Below, piece after piece: positions 63,256 through 64,000 of a stretch of DNA of 64,000 bases (positions within the stretch are counted from its first letter, which is position 1; each line of letters opens with the position of its first letter). The stretch covers positions 5,024,001-5,088,000 of the forward strand of contig OY970368.1 of the NCBI GenBank assembly GCA_963718615.1. Direction: 5' to 3'. Made by a program: the position numbers and the translations under genes. The notes beneath the pieces are model-generated. The model saw only the letters and a program-made list of their open reading frames with translations. It searched no databases and was not told the origin of the DNA. The stretch comes from an uncultured cyanobacterium (lineage in GTDB: Bacteria > Cyanobacteriota > Cyanobacteriia > PCC-9006 > JAAUQQ01).

Positions 63256-64000
63256 ATGGTTACCACTCCTATGGGTTTGTTGCGATCGCTATTACTCGGC
63301 TACGCTCTGCTGGCAGCCCCTGCGGCCAATGCCCAGACCTTTCGCGACACCCCCCAACATTGGGCAGGAGCCTGTATCGATCGCCTCGCCCAGCGCAAAC
63401 AGCTCAACGGCTACCCCGACGGCAGGTTTCGCCCAGAGAACCGCCTCACCCGCGCGGAGTATGCCGTCCTGATGCTCAACAGCTTCCCCGAAGTACCAAC
63501 AAACCTCGTGGAAATTCCAAAATTCAAGGACTTGTCACCACAACACTGGGCTTATAAGGCAATGGGGCTCGCTTACCAAAAGCGCATCCTAGTGGGTTAC
63601 CCGGATAAGACCCTACGCCCCGATCGCCCCATTAGTCGAGCAGAGGCGATCGCCATCCTCTACAACCTGGTCTCCCCCCCATCGAATGGTAGCGAGGTGA
63701 TGGCCTGGAATCTCCCCCGATTCCCGTTGCCCAATAATCCCGACCAAATCTTGATCGAACAGTTTGAAGATGCCGCACAAATTCCCTCCTGGGCAAAGTC
63801 GAGTCTGTCAGGCGCTGCTGCTGGGTTTATGGTGGTCGATTATCCCCAAGGCCGAAACCTGCGACCCCAAGATGCCACGACCCGCGCAGAAGCCGCTGCC
63901 TTTCTTTGTCAGATCTCAGATATCGATGGCTTAGTTCCGGTGACAGCGATCGTGGGCACGCGCAAGTTTGCTCAATCGGCGGAATGGCAGCGGCTGTTGC
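63256..64000 (+). CDS. S-layer homology domain protein, runs off the right edge
   Basis: Signal peptide, then F-x-D...HWA...GYPDG-x-FRP...TRAE, three SLH repeats. Confidence 0.9.
   Translation, partial: MVTTPMGLLRSLLLGYALLAAPAANAQTFRDTPQHWAGACIDRLAQRKQLNGYPDGRFRPENRLTRAEYAVLMLNSFPEVPTNLVEIPKFKDLSPQHWAYKAMGLAYQKRILVGYPDKTLRPDRPISRAEAIAILYNLVSPPSNGSEVMAWNLPRFPLPNNPDQILIEQFEDAAQIPSWAKSSLSGAAAGFMVVDYPQGRNLRPQDATTRAEAAAFLCQISDIDGLVPVTAIVGTRKFAQSAEWQRLL

Overview
Cyanobacterial chromosomal window: the HIP1 octamer GCGATCGC is dense in the core genes, and pilB-pilT-pilC sit divergently from grpE-dnaK-dnaJ-tusA-rsgA, with mnmG, rimK and msrA nearby. Several accessory patches interrupt this backbone. 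The most striking non-obvious structure is an integron system with no intact integrase in the window. It has two mutually homologous attI-like sites about 20 kb apart pointing outward (831-870 minus, 20918-20957 plus). The left one has an IS1380 element inserted in its accessory boxes and precedes an unknown low-GC gene. The right one lies next to a 12-residue intI N-terminal relic and precedes two attC-bounded cassettes, one with no credible ORF and one encoding an RxxxxH HEPN-like protein. Other highlights: (1) a translationally coupled TPR-CHAT protease / wHTH protein / membrane protein operon; (2) an EACC1-like + caspase-GUN4 pair and a caspase-STAND-WD40 protein; (3) two 24-nt in-frame mini-insertions into HIP1 sites; (4) local duplications of gene starts that bracket toxin-antitoxin islets; (5) a Ser/Thr pseudokinase. 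No rRNA, tRNA or CRISPR array was recognised. All family calls come from motif recognition by eye; no database searches were run.
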